Positions 1-12,499 of a DNA stretch of 64,000 nucleotides are shown piece by piece. The stretch's first letter is position 1. Each line of letters starts with the position of its first letter. The stretch covers positions 1 through 64,000 of the forward strand of contig VJWM01000314.1 of NCBI GenBank assembly GCA_010909165.1, read 5' to 3'. The notes beneath the pieces are model-generated. The model was not told where the DNA came from and did not search any database. It saw nothing but the letters and a program-made list of their open reading frames with translations. This DNA comes from Anthoceros angustus (Eukaryota > Plantae > Anthocerotophyta). Position numbers and translations under genes: made by a program.

Positions 1-2478
1 CAGGGCCACTAGGGTCCCGTCTTGTCCCCATGTCCTTCATCCCCAGGCCTTGGGGAGGGGTCCGTCCGTTTTATGGCGAGCTTCAATGCCTTAAGGAGCT
101 CGGCGTGGTAGTAGGCAAAATCCGAGTCAATTCTTTGGATTGCCTCTTCCACATGTGGAGCACCGATACTCCTTTCGCCATTGGTGCTCGGGAGGCGTCT
201 TTGTCGGCTTCTTTGGACCATCTCCCACCCGAGTTTGGTGGGCGGGCGAATCTCGCGAGGCCACAAGGCGCCTCGGTCACCTCCACCGCAACCTTGTTGT
301 TGCTCACTTTCCGGCTCCGTCGTTTCCTCTGCTGCCGGCTTACGCCATAGCGCGCTCCTTCGCCTTCCTTAAGCGGACGGCTTCTTTTGCGTCCGGTGCT
401 CTCGCTCCCGTTCATCCACGGCCTTTAGCTCGCCATCTCCCTCTCAGGGCGGTCGGGCAACTCTGCGTGCGTGCTTGTCGAGTCCTTCTCCATTTCGGCG
501 TCACTGCTCCTTGTTCCATCGCCTTACCTCCTCCGTCCAGCAGGTGGGCGCTCTATCTCGTTCGTGATCCGTGATCACGCCAGATTGCCATTCCGCTCAA
601 TGGTAACTTGGGCTGCGACTCGAGTCTCCTTGCGGTCTTCCATCTCACTGTTGCTCCACCTCGCGCCGGGTCGGAGATCCTCCATCTCCTTGTCGCGGGC
701 TTCCTTCTCCTCGGCATGGGTGGCCCTGCTCGCCGCCTCCTGCTCCGTCTTGAGTTAGCGCGGCTATCCTGCCGTCTCCCTCCACCGGTTCGATCACGCC
801 GATAGTGATCGCGGTCGATCTTAGCGGACTTCGCCTCCTCGCCGCCTTCACAGGCCGCCCGACTTAGTGCTGGTCGGTAGGCCGCCTCGGCCGGTCGCGA
901 GCCTTCTGCTTGCTCGGGCCTCCTCTGCCTCTGCGCTACCCCTCTCACTGCAGGTCTTGACCCAGCTTGGGCCTCACTGCTGCTTTGCTCACCGGTGAAG
1001 GAATTTAGTCCGTCTGTCGAATGGACGGACTTCTCTTCGGCCTCGGCGTTTCCCTTCTTGATCGGCGAGAGCCGCCTTCCTCCTCGCCTCTGGGCCGCCT
1101 CCAATTGCTCACGGAGGAGCACCATCGCCTCCTTGTGGCTTCACTTCACAGGTCTTCTCATGTCCCATGAGACCCCAGCATCCTCCATGTGTAGCAGGAC
1201 CCCCGTGTCTCTTCCACGGCCGCCATTAGTGAGGCCCCAAAAGTCCGTGGGAGGCGGGCATCTCACGGTCAGGACCTCCATCTGATCCGAGGCAGTCGGG
1301 CTGGGTTCTCGGACCTAATCGGGTCCCTTAGGTCTGACAGTCGAGTCAGGAGCTTCACCCTCCTTGTAGCCCTCTTGGCGCCAATTCGCCCTCTTAGTCA
1401 CAGGGCTCGGAGGGTGAGGGTTCAGGCCCTTGCCTCTCCCGGTCGGCGGCAGGGACCGGCTCAGTGGGGTTGCGGTGACCTCCTGCTCCTTGGCGGCGTC
1501 CTTCTGCCCTTCTCACGCCTCTTGACCTCTTGCCACTCCGTGGGCGGGGGGCAGGCGCCGTCAGGGTGCTGCGTTGGCGGTGTGGCACCGTCTTCCGCCT
1601 CTTGATTGCCCGAGTTCGTCGGGGCTCCTCTGCCGTTGTGGGTGGTGGGTGAAATTTGTCGGGCGGGGCGTCTCTGCTTGCCTTGCTCCGTGGGGGCACC
1701 AAGAGGAGGAAGCGGGGATATCTTCCACACTTCCCTAGGTGGTGAGGGGTCCGTTCGACGTATGGAGTCGGTATCCTTCGATCGTCCTCCTCCGGACCCG
1801 TTTGGCCCTAGGGGTCGGGCCTCTACCTCAGGCGCCTTGCCGCTCTGCTAGGAGCCGCCAACCCTTTCGGGCGCCGCTCTTCTTCCCCATCCTTGAGGGA
1901 GGTCGTAATGTCCCCACATGGATCGGGTATGGGGATAGTCCAGGTGGTGGCTTCTCGCTCCTCGGCTTGTGGGCCTCCACAGGCTGAACACAGCGAAGAT
2001 AGATCCTTCCCGGTCGCCCTCTTATTGCGGTGTGCGGGAACGCAATAAATTATCACCAAGGTGATCCACCTTGGTGAGCAAGTTCCGATGGACAATGATC
2101 AAGACTCTGCCCTCACCTACATCCGGTAATTCAGAGCATCAACCGGTAGATTTGGTTGTCGCTGCGTTGAATGACGCCGCGCCCTCGCGCCTCTATCTCC
2201 TCACGCCTTGAGGGGCTCGGGTTCCTTTAACCTCTCCATTGGGCGGTTGTAGCCGCCCTCGGGACCTCAAGTCCATCACGGGATCCTCCGGAGGTTCTTG
2301 GACGAAACCTCCTTGTTGGCCTTGTTGCCCAACATCTTCCGGCGAACTCCGGACGGGGTGGCTTTCTTGTCAAACGTCGAACTGACACTGGAAGCACATC
2401 TAAATGCCACTCTTGACTAATCCTCCCGCCTCCTCGGCCACGGCCCAAAGTCAGGATAAGCGGCAGGTGTTACAATGA
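1..2478 (-). pseudogene. Retrotransposon 3' accessory ORF relic (copy A)
   Basis: Frameshifted fragments CSPRWITLVI and AIQRIDSDFAYYHAELLKALK. Reverse-complement homologous to 5405-7860. Lies directly downstream of a truncated integrase. Confidence 0.6.
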
Positions 2479-4310
2479 TGATGTTTTCGTGAAATTTTGC
2501 CATAGTGCTTGCGGTCCCGTTCTAGTTGCGGCGCTTCCACCCACACAGTGCGATGATCCGTTGCCACCAAGATGTACCGCTTTTGTGTGTGCCTCGTCGT
2601 TGGTACATATGGGTCCAAGCAAGTCGATGCCCCACTTCTCAAAAAGGCGCTAGTGCGATATGGGCACTAACGGCCATTAGTTGTGGAGTTCTCGGATCGA
2701 TCGACAAGCATCACTCTTCACGAATTGGTGTGTTTCCCCATGTACATGGTGGGCCACGGTACCCGACCTCCAAGATTTTCTTGGTGGTGACTGTGCATAA
2801 TGTCCACCGCCCAGTCCTTCGTGCATCCCCTGTATTACCACCTCCGTCTCACGCCTTTGGAGTACCTTCGTTCATACCGTCTGGCCCCACCTTAAAGATG
2901 CAGCCGTTATACAGCCTAAAAGGGCCGGCGTAGTGCACAAAGGCCGCTGGACCCGGTTCAGATCGTTTGGTAGCTCCATCTCCCATAGGTACCGTTCCAA
3001 CTCCCATAAGGGCGCCCCGTCCCGCTCCCTTCTCCGCTTACTGCCGTGGGTCCGCTATTCCCCAGCTTAGGGTTTGTCCGGCTGTGCTCCTCTGCTTCCT
3101 CCTCTATTGCTGCCACCAATTCCTCATCCGGGAAGGCGTCCTCCTGATCCTGCAGGACAGGCTCCGTCTTTAATCTGGACAAGAAGTCAGCGTTTTGGTG
3201 TTGCCGCCCTTGCCTAGTCTCCACCTCAAATGTGAACTCCTGTAGCAATCCACCTCATAATTCGGCAGGGCAATGCCTTGTTCACCAAGTGCTTGGTGAT
3301 GATCAACATAGAACACAAACTCATTGGGCGGTAATGCGAATTTCTTAGCTATATACCATTCCCCTCGCTCCGTAGTAGTGTACCTCCGTTCACGTCGTGG
3401 TACATCTTCCCGTAGTAGATTGGATGATCCCTCCGTTTGTCGTCTTTTGTTGAGCACTACTCCCAGAGTGGCGGTGGCACATCCACATACATGGAACCGC
3501 TTTCCCGGTCCGGTCCTTTCGATGCTGGGGCCGATCAGTGGTTTGGTGCAGGTCTCGAATACGCCTCCCTTTAGGTGTCCGGTCCATTCTCCTTCCTTCA
3601 CGAGTAACTCTCGTTAGCACAGGCCGCTTTGCAAATCTTGGATGAAAGCGCCTATTAACCCACCATGCCCAGGAATCCCCGTAACTCCTTCAAGTTCGTA
3701 GGCGGCTGCAGGGACTGAATGACCTTCACCTTGTCTTGATCCACCTCTATCCCTCTTGCCGACACGCGGTGTCCCAACAAGATTCCCTCTGTCATACCGA
3801 AGTAGCATTTCTCCGGATGTAGGCATAGTTGAGTCTCCTTACAGCGCTCCAAGCACTTCCATGAGATGTCCAGCGTGTTTGTCCTCTTCTCGTGCACCAG
3901 TCGTCCAAGAACACCTCCATGAAGTCCCTCGGAAAATCCGAGAAGGCGTTGGTCACGCATAAATGATCCGGTGCTCCTGTCATCCCGGCGCCGTTTGTGA
4001 CGTTCCCCACTCCGTGGTGAGCGTTGTCTTATCGATCCGACTCCAGCAGGTGCGATTGGTTAGCCGGAGTATATCAGAAGGAGTAGGTACTTTCAGTCAC
4101 GCCCTGCTGTCGTATATGCATTCTACAAGGGGCATGGGAAAATGGTCCTTCTACGTGGCGGCGTTAAGCTTTCTCAGTCTGAGACGGTGATGCAGCCCTT
4201 AACTTTGTTTCTTTGGCGACAACAATGGGCGCTACTGCCATTGTTGTTCACGATTGGGAGATGATGTCGCCTCCGGATAAGCATCAGGACCTTTTGACTG
4301 ACGCTTGGTA
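2478..4310 (-). pseudogene. pol: Ty3/gypsy pol fragment: RT, RNase H and N-terminal half of integrase (Athila/Phygy-like)
   Basis: Motifs in RT-RH-INT order: DHFPMP, DFMEVFLDDW, LHPEKCYFGMTEGILLGHRVS, PPTNLKELRGFLG, RYTTTER, LQEFTFEV..ADFLSRL..FPDE, GGGHY, FEKWGIDL, RYILVATD..WVEA. Many frameshifts. Confidence 0.9.
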
Positions 4311-5389
4311 AAGGTGCCCAGGATTGATTTTATCTGCCAGTCGAGCGATTAGAAACAAGACGCGTTGGTTATGATTTTATAGCTAAACCCGGCGTGGTCA
4401 TACCCTTTGTTATCTAGTACCAAGAGGTGCAACTCTTGAGACCACGAGCTATAAAGCCCACCTCTTGTAATCAATTGTATCCAATTAGTAAAGCGCTATT
4501 TTTGATCAAGCTATGACACCTCAAAGTTGAGTATCGAGCAAGGTTCTCTAAGCATTTCTAAAATGCATTTCGTGTTCTATCTGTTGTGTTTTATGTCACA
4601 TGGGCTCAGGTTCCTTAGGATTAAGAAATAAATGGGTTTTGTTTTTTTTTCGTGGGAGGCGAAGGATAAAATGAGGCGGAAAAGGAGAATAAGCATGGAT
4701 AGCACTCGGACTGACACTCCGGAGTATACTCAGAACTCCGGGAGTGGCAACGGCGTATCCCGGACTACTACATGGCGAGGCGACAAGACTACATGGGAGT
4801 AACGGGATAAGACCCACTCCAGGACCCTCCCGAGTCCCAAGCAGGATAAATCGCCTTCGATGCTTAACTTAGAAGTTGGTAGTGAGGGCAGACTAAGCGG
4901 CGCCACGTGGGCGACCACAGAGTGGGAGGTCGGGCATACTGGTGGCCAGGTGAGGCAGAAATGGCCTTGCCGAGGGGCGTTGCTCGCGGTATTCACGCCC
5001 AGCGAATTGCCTTGGCGTGGAAACAGTCTGAAGCAGGCCAGCGGGAAGTAGCGTAAAGGCAATCTGGCAGCGGGTAATGAGGGCGGAAATAAGCCATGCA
5101 GACCTGCGGCGATTCTGAATGACGGAAGGCGCCTTCCGCCCGGTAGATTCTCCAAAGGCGGTGAAGGAGAAAGAGTCATTTGCTTGTGACCTCGAGACAA
5201 TTCTATGATCTCTTGCGCTCGCATAACCCGGCTCTGGCGCTATCTCTTTGAGCGCCCAAGCATCTCAGTGGTTCGCGCCGAGGTTGGAGCGGCCGACAGC
5301 GGCGAGGCGCGTCGTGCGGTGAACTCGGATCGGCGGCTTCGGCCGAGGGAGGGCGTGGCACCCAAAAAGCAGCGGAAGTTTGGGAGCCA

Positions 5390-7900
5390 TGGAACCTAAA
5401 TGTGGAACATTGTGACCGACTGTCCAGGACTTTGGCCACGGCTGGAGGCGGAGAATTAGTGGAGTGGCACTGGATGTGTTCCAGGCAGACGTTGACGTCA
5501 CTACGGTCAGAGTTCGCCGAGGAAGATGTTGGCGGTCAGCAAGGAGGTTGTCCAGAACCTCGGGAGGACCAGCGATGGACCTTGGAGGTCACGGTGACCT
5601 ACAACCGCCCAAAGGAGGAAGAAGGGGTGTGGTGCGGGCCCCTCAAGGCGAAGGGAAGATAGGGGCGACAGCAGTGGCGATCTTTGAGGCTGGCACAGGC
5701 GAGGAGGACCCAGCTTTGGTTGATATCAGGCTGTGGACCCGAGTAAGGCGGTAGCGGATCATTATCCATTGGAACTGCTCACCAAGGTGGATCACCTTGG
5801 TGATAACTGATGAGTATTCACGCCGTTCGGGGAAAAGGCGGGCGGAAGGATTATCTTAGCCCGGTTGATCGAGCCATAGCTAAGCTCGGGCGAGAAGCCC
5901 TCGCCATCCATCGGGCATCCCCATGCGATTCCATGTATGGGGACATTCGAGCTCTGAAGGAGAGGCTTGGTAGCTCGAAAAGGGCTGGGCCTGCGGGTGG
6001 AAGCGGAGGCGAGGCCGACCCTCGAGGCCAAAGCGGACCGGGAGGAGGGCGGCGGAGGATTCCGGACTCCATGCGTGGGCGGACCACCACCCAGTATGGG
6101 AATCGCTTCCCTCCTCACAGTGCCCGGCGAGTCGTGAGGCAAACTCAATCGCCGTACCCCAACCCGCGGGCCCTTGAGCGAAGGGCATGAGGGCAGCGTC
6201 TACCAGCGGCCTCGAGGCGGTGCAGTGCCTACCACCTTGCAGGGTAGCGGAAAGGCGTAAGGAGGCGAAAAGGGCTTGCCGAGGAGGGTCAGCGGCCGCT
6301 TGCAGGCAGTCTGTCTCGGCCAGGGAAGAGCAAGGCTGCTCCGGACCCCTCACCTCCTCAAGGCCCGGAGAAGGCTCGCGGCCAAAGGGCCAAGGAGGTG
6401 GTGGCTCGGGCTGTTTTCACGGGACCTAGGGTCACGATTAGGTCGAGAGGCCAGTCAGGACTTACTCGGGCTGCGGTATGGAGGTCCACTGGCGGAACCG
6501 CTGCTCCACTCACCGGACTTTGTGGAGCCTCACGGATGGCGGCGTGGAAGAAAACCTGAGGCGGTCTGGCTTCGTCATGGACGGTATGCTTTAAGTCTGC
6601 TGGATGGAAGACCCGGGTAGAAGCCACCGGGCGTGGTACTCCTCAGGAGGCAGTTGGAGGGGGCCGGGAGGCGAAGAAAGCTCGGTGAGAAGGAAAAGGA
6701 GGCAGAGAATCTGGTCCATCGCAGGCGGACTAAATTCACTCATTTGGAGGCGGTGAAGCGAACAGGCCCAGCGTGAGGACCTCTGCGGATAGCGGCAGGC
6801 GAGGCCGGCGCAGCGGAAGCTCGGGACAGGCAAGACGACGCCAGGCAGGCCCGGTGAAGGTGGCGGGCGGAAGCCGCGGCAAGGCCCCGCGATCACTATC
6901 AGCGTGATCGGGCTCAGGGGGGGTGCCAGCCAATCGAAAGGCGGCGGCAGCGAACAACGCAGACGGCCGTAAAGCAGCTGGAAGCCGCACGTCGGGGACC
7001 TGTAGCAGTGCAGGAGTAGAAGGGCGGCGGAGGCTGGAGGGCAGCGAGACACCTTGGTTACAACTCCAAGGCAGCGTCGGAGCAGGAGGTTCTCAGCGAG
7101 AGTCCAAGACTTGACGGAGATGGCGCCTCCGGCTACGCACGAAGATGGGCGAGGCGGGCGGGAGCGCAGAGGCCGGAAGCCGCTTCGCGGCAAGGAGATG
7201 GAGATCTCGGACTGTTGCGTGAGGTGGAGCAGCGGCGAGAGATGGAAGACGCAAGGAGACCTTGGGCTGCGGCTAAACTACCGTGAGAGGAATGGTGATG
7301 CGGGCGTAGTCGCGGAGCGAGCGAGAAATAAGCTCCGGCTACATTGGCGGACGAGCGATCTGGCGATGGAGCGAGGCGGGCGTCGCCGAAATGGAGAAGG
7401 CTGGCTGCCCTTGATGCAGCGAGTTGCCCGGCCAAAGGGAGGAGATGGCGGAGTGCGGGAATGGGGAGGCGAGGCAGGCGAGACAGGCTGCTGGTCCGAG
7501 TTGAGGAGGCGGAAGGAGCGTTGCGTTATGGCAAGTGGTGGCGGTAGGCAGGCAGGGAGTTAGGCGGTGGAGCAACGGCGGTTGCGGGAGGTGGCCAGGC
7601 GGCCCTTGCGGCCTCGGCGTGTCGAGCTCCGGCTATCAAACTGGCGGGGGAGGTGGTCCAACAGCCGCTCGGCTCCGGAGCACCTATGGCGAAGGTATCG
7701 GGTATCGGGCACCACGTGGAAGACAATTCAACAAGTGGATTCGGACTTTGCCTATTACCACGCTGAGCTCTGACGATGAAGCTCTAAAGCCTCTCGGCGA
7801 CCCACAGAGGCTTCGGAAGGGGAAAGAAGGGCATGGGGCAGGGGACTCTAGTGGCCTGTTTGGAGGCAAGGCGTGAGGGAGAAGAGCCTCAAGAGGCGAG
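5390..7900 (+). pseudogene. Retrotransposon 3' accessory ORF relic (copy B)
   Basis: Fragments LVEWH..DVFQADVDVTTVR, TYNRPKEEEG, CSPRWITLVI, KDYLSPVDRAIAKLG, TIQQVDSDFAYYHAEL. Collinear with the reverse complement of 1-2478. Confidence 0.6.
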
Positions 7901-8405
7901 GCAGGACCCGGGAGTTCACCAACCTCGGGAGAAGGTGGCCACGAAAAGTGCGAAGGAGCCAACGACCAAGACAAGGCAGTCGGGGGTAGGGATGAGGACC
8001 TAGCGATGAGGTCCCCGGATAAAGGGTCGGAGCTTGACCGGACCATAATGGTCGGACCACGAGTCAGAACCCAGGCGGACCCGGTAGGCCGGACTCGGGA
8101 AATAAGGGCGGACTCACAGGGTTCGAGACTCGGTCGAGGCCGGACCTCGAGTCCATTCCGTGATGGAGCCCCCTTAGACTTACGCTGGGGAAGCAGAATG
8201 GTGGCCCCAGGAGGGACCCACAGGAGGCGAGGGATAGCGTTGTAGTATGTGTCGTCGGCGCATCTCTGACGAGTTCGGGAGAAAGGAGGGTCCGCCTCAC
8301 GGATCATCCGATTGGGTCTTGCCCAGCTGTCGGGGCGGGAGATTGGACCACCAATCCAAGGCGGAACCCGGGACCTTCCAGCGAAGGAGATAGGGAGGAA
8401 TAGGA

Positions 8406-9138
8406 TGGTAGGCGGCCCGATTAGGGTATCGGTGGCCATGTTCAGAATAGGGTGTAATAAAGGCAGACTTGGGCGTGGTATAAGAGAGTGAGTGCCTGAA
8501 TAAATCATCTTTCTCTTGGTGTTGATGCAGCGTTCTTGCAGACCTTGTGTCTTCTTGCTAACGTGAGTCTGAGTCATGGCGAGCACGGCTCGGAGATTGA
8601 TCGAGGTTACGGTGGCGGACCTAACGTGTTGTGGTATGCGAGGAAGGGGTGACGGGGACCCGTGCTCGTCGAGCGGCGGCCCAGCTCAGAAACCAGGCCG
8701 AGAGCGTGTGAGCGGAGGGACTCGGGGCGTCTTGAGCCGGACGAGGAGAGGACGTGAGCAGCCGGAGGAGGAGTGGGAGAACGTGTAACCATGCGCCGCC
8801 TTTCCCTAAGAGGCCCGATAGTGTAGGCGTGAGTGGAGAGAGGAAACCGGACCTGAAGTGTGAGTGGCAGACGTGTGACACGATCACGAGCGTCCTGAAT
8901 GAGGCGGGTCGCCTAAGCGTTTGGCCACACCGGGCTGTCACGGTGAACGCGTTGCAGTAGTTAGACACGAATCGAAGCGGTGAATATGTTGAGACCGAAT
9001 TCGACGCCAAAGTAAGACGAATTACTGAACGCAACGCAAGCGGAGCCCGCTATTACGCTTTGGGAACGCGGAATTTCTTCCTACAACGACACGGGATTGT
9101 GCGCGCCTTTACCGGTCAAGGCCGAAAGTCGCGCCACA
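8406..9138 (+). mobile_element. Candidate 3' LTR of the copy B element
   Basis: Purine tract 8383-8405, then TGGTAGG. TATAAGAG at 8479, the same core as the other LTR TATA boxes. Ends in CCACA at 9138, just before an abrupt switch to AT-rich DNA. No partner LTR in the window. Confidence 0.35.
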
Positions 9139-11131
9139 AATACGTATAATTAAAATTGTCCGATATTGTGTTTATAAGGTTTTATCAAAATCAAATTCTA
9201 AAGCTGCTTTCTTACTCAAGCAGCTATGAATTTTACTATCCTCTTTACTTCATCTAGTGGATTCGATGTCTCTCTTTCCATAAATGCCTTAGCACTCTAC
9301 TGTTCATTCCTCTCGAGCAACATTTGTTTGTACTTTCATTCTTTTGGTGTCTTGCGCATCCTCACACAATGGCCGGAGAAGACACTCAAAGACTAACACT
9401 ACCGCTAGAAGATCTCAGACATTAACAACTTAGCGGGTGTGTGGTCGTAACCACACCTCTCATTCTTTCAGCGGGTTTTACATTTTTAGGAACCTTCTTT
9501 AATAATTAGATTTAACAATTGCTGAAGTCCTCACTTCGCCATCTACTCCAGAGAACAACCACCTCTCATCAACATCAACCTCGACAATTGGTTGCAATTC
9601 ACTAACAAAGACTCAAGCTTCGAATATCTCACATCTATCTAAGCGACACCGGGTCAAAATGGGCCAGACCCAGACTCAAATGTGGGCAGCAAATTTTAAC
9701 CACAGTTTGGAAGAGGGGGATGCCTCTTAGTTTTGTTCATATTAGTTAGGTTTTATTTTTCTTTTTTTCTTTTCTCCTGTGCGAACAACATGGCGAGGAA
9801 GAGCGTGAAGTGGCAGAAGCGGGCGAGACGGTTTGCAGTCCCAGTCGACGGATAGAAAGGAGGAAAAACAGGATTCAGCAAAGGTCGGAAAGACGGAGGT
9901 CGGGAGAGGTGGAAAGTTTCTGCGAGAGGAGGTTCGCGGAGGCCGAACTGCCGAAGAGGCGATGCCGGGCCTAGTGGCGGCGGCGCCAGTCACGCCCTAT
10001 TCGACATGTCCATGGAGCGAAAGTCCTTACTCCAGGTGGAAGGCAGCGAAGAAGGTCTTCGCGAGTTGCGACGCGCAATTTCAGACGGTCGGCGGCTTGG
10101 AGGTGGTACGGTGAGCAGCGCGAAAGGAAAGAGCGCAGCGCAAGGAGGGCGCATGCATATATAAGCCGTCCTTGGCTCGAGCTCCAGTGAAATCGCCAGC
10201 CTTGGTGGTTGAAATTCCAAACGTCCATTTGAAGGGAAAAGGTCCTTGCCTTCGGACGGAAATTTCGTCCTTGGCCTTTGGGGTGTGGAAAATCCTTCCT
10301 CACCCTATATATAAGTAGAGGAGGCGAGGTGCTCAAGCCAAGAATGAAGCGGAGGCCAAACTCAAGGAGGGAGGGCGGGCCACATGGAGTAAGGAGCGTG
10401 AGGAGCTCATGAAGCAACGGAGGGCGACCAGCGGTGGAAGGAAGAGTAGCCACCGGAAAATGATGCATCGCATCTTTGGTCGTCGAAACAACGCTTTCGG
10501 TGATTATGCATGGCAAAGGGATCTTTGGAGGCATGGAAGAGATGCATGAGAATGTCACTACGGCTTCGTTTGAGTGAGGTGGCTTGAGAGGGATGCGTTG
10601 CAGTAAGATAGCCTCGGAGGTGGCACGAGGAATTTGATGAGATTTGTTTGAAGGGCCGGAGATGCGGGTCCACTTACATGCTAGGGTCAACAAGTTCGCC
10701 AAGGAGATGCGTTCCTTGTTGACAAAAGTTGTTGGGTCCCACGATGACGGCGGGAAGATTTTGGAAGAATTGCGACCCTCAACGAGATTCGGACTTGGAG
10801 AGTGAAATGGATGCGAAGGCTCAATGTGGGAGGAGCCAATGGAAGAGGAAGAGATTTCCAGGCGGTAGAGTTGGTGGGGGTGTCTGGCGGGGACGGGGCT
10901 GCAACACCCAACCGCCTGGAGGTAATTCTGTTGTACAGATGGCTCTGAGGCGGTGCCTCTGAGCGCCACAAGAGGGGTGGCGTTCAGTGCCTCAAGTCAA
11001 CATCGGAGAGCAGTGTGGAGGTTCTGTCGCGACGACAGTGAAGAGATGGGACGGGGCGGTCCCAAGCCAAGAGGAGGAAGGCGGTGGTTGGGCGCAGCCA
11101 TGCCAACACCAAGAAGAAGTAGGCAAATAGT

Positions 11132-12405
11132 TGGTAGGGAGTGAATGGGTCATTAAGACCCCTAGGGGTTAGTGGGATTGTTAGGAGGTAGGTTAAGAAC
11201 CTTTTAAGAGGCCACCTACTTAAAACCGTAAGCAACCCCACCTACCCCACGGACTTAATTAATGCTAGGGGTTAGTGGGATTGTTAGGGTAGGTTAAGAA
11301 CCTTTTGAGGCCACCCTTAAAATAACCCCACCTACCCCACGACTTAATTAATGCTAGGGGTTAGTGGGATTGTTAGGAGGTAGGTTAAGAACCTTTAAGA
11401 GGCCACCTACTTAAAACCATAAGCAACCCCTACCCCAGACTTAATTAATGCTAGGGTTTGGGAGCTCCTATAAGAGGGAGGAGCTCCCATAATAAAATGT
11501 CATGCCTTGCTCTCGACTGTGTGCTTGTCTTGCTACACAAGCGTGCGTCTTAGCAGTGAGGGTGCATGGTGTCTGGTAGGGTCTTGAGGTGCGGTGACGG
11601 GGTGAGGCGGGGCCCAAACCTTTCTTTCGGAGGTAGCATGGGTAGCGTTGGCGGTGAGGAGCGGCATTGTGGTTGCGATGAGCAGTGAGTAAAGGAAGAC
11701 CCCTAGCAAAATCCGGCCGCGGGCGTCACTTGCAGCCAAATGTCGGCCTAGGTGAGGCAATGCCCTATGATCTGAGGCGATTCTTTGGGAGGCGAGGCGC
11801 CAGGCGATAGTTAGCTAGGAAGAGTGGAAGAGGATTAGAGAGGAGAAGAGAGAGAGAGGAAAGAGAGAAAGAAAGAAAGAGAGCGAGGCGAGAGTGAGGC
11901 GAGAGAGGACGAGAGAGGGAGGAGCTAGAGGATAGGGAGCAAGAGAGGAGAAGGAAGGAGCAAGAGAAAAGAGAAAAGACAAAAGAGAAGAGAGGAGGAC
12001 GAAACCTAGAAAGAGAGGGAAGGTGGAATTTCAAGGGCATGACAAAGCTTGAGGGGCGGCCCCAAATTTGTCATGAGAAGGGTCTTAGGGAGTGTAGGAA
12101 GCTACCGGTGGGAGGATTGCCTTTGCGGTGATTTGGGGTCCCTGGTCGCCGCCAGTTGCCTCTCGCGACGTGGGTCCGCGCCGACGAGTCATCGCGCGTG
12201 GTAGTGTGACTTCACCGGTGGGTCACCAGGCGGCTGGTAGGAGGCGGTTAGTCAGGCGCATGCAGGGAGTCGAGAGTCGAGGTCGGTGAGGGCGCACCTC
12301 CATCCGGTGGAAGGGCTCCCACTCCTTCCTGGGGAAACCTGTCTGAACCGCTGGGATAAGTGTGGCTCTGAGGCTGAGGTTCCGGGGTCCGAACCTCCCA
12401 CCACA
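11132..12405 (+). mobile_element. Diverged LTR related to the main element's LTR
   Basis: Collinear patches match the reverse complement of 19776-20760: CTCCTATAAGAGG (TATA at 11469), GAGGATTAGAG, GGGGTCCC, GGGATAAGTGTGGC, and terminal ACCACA followed by TTTTTGCCGTT (degenerate PBS). The start at TGGTAGG after a purine-rich tract is tentative. Confidence 0.65.
11162..11456. repeat. Tandem repeat, 3 units of 89-103 bp
   Basis: CTAGGGGTTAGTGGGATTGTTAGG...GACTTAATTAATG starts at 11162, 11265 and 11354, with a partial start at 11451. Confidence 0.95.
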
Positions 12406-12499
12406 TTTTTGCCGTTCTTGGGTGTGTGTTTTCTTTGTTCGAATGGAGAGTGTGAAGATGTCGTCATGACCGGAGGCGTGGTGAGCGAAGAGCATCCAG

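Noticed and set aside
5806-5840. Hammerhead ribozyme core (CTGATGA...GAAA)
   Set aside because: The intervening bases cannot form stem II, and the motif is not kept in copy A.
7684-8586. 300 aa minus-strand ORF as a gene
   Set aside because: P/S/R-rich with no recognisable motif; antisense to retroelement sequence in GC-rich DNA.
9971-10969. 332 aa minus-strand ORF as a gene
   Set aside because: No recognisable domain; composition suggests an antisense shadow of a decayed plus-strand frame.
11162-11456. Telomeric repeats or CRISPR
   Set aside because: Only isolated TTAGG-like words inside a ~100 bp unit; no spacers.
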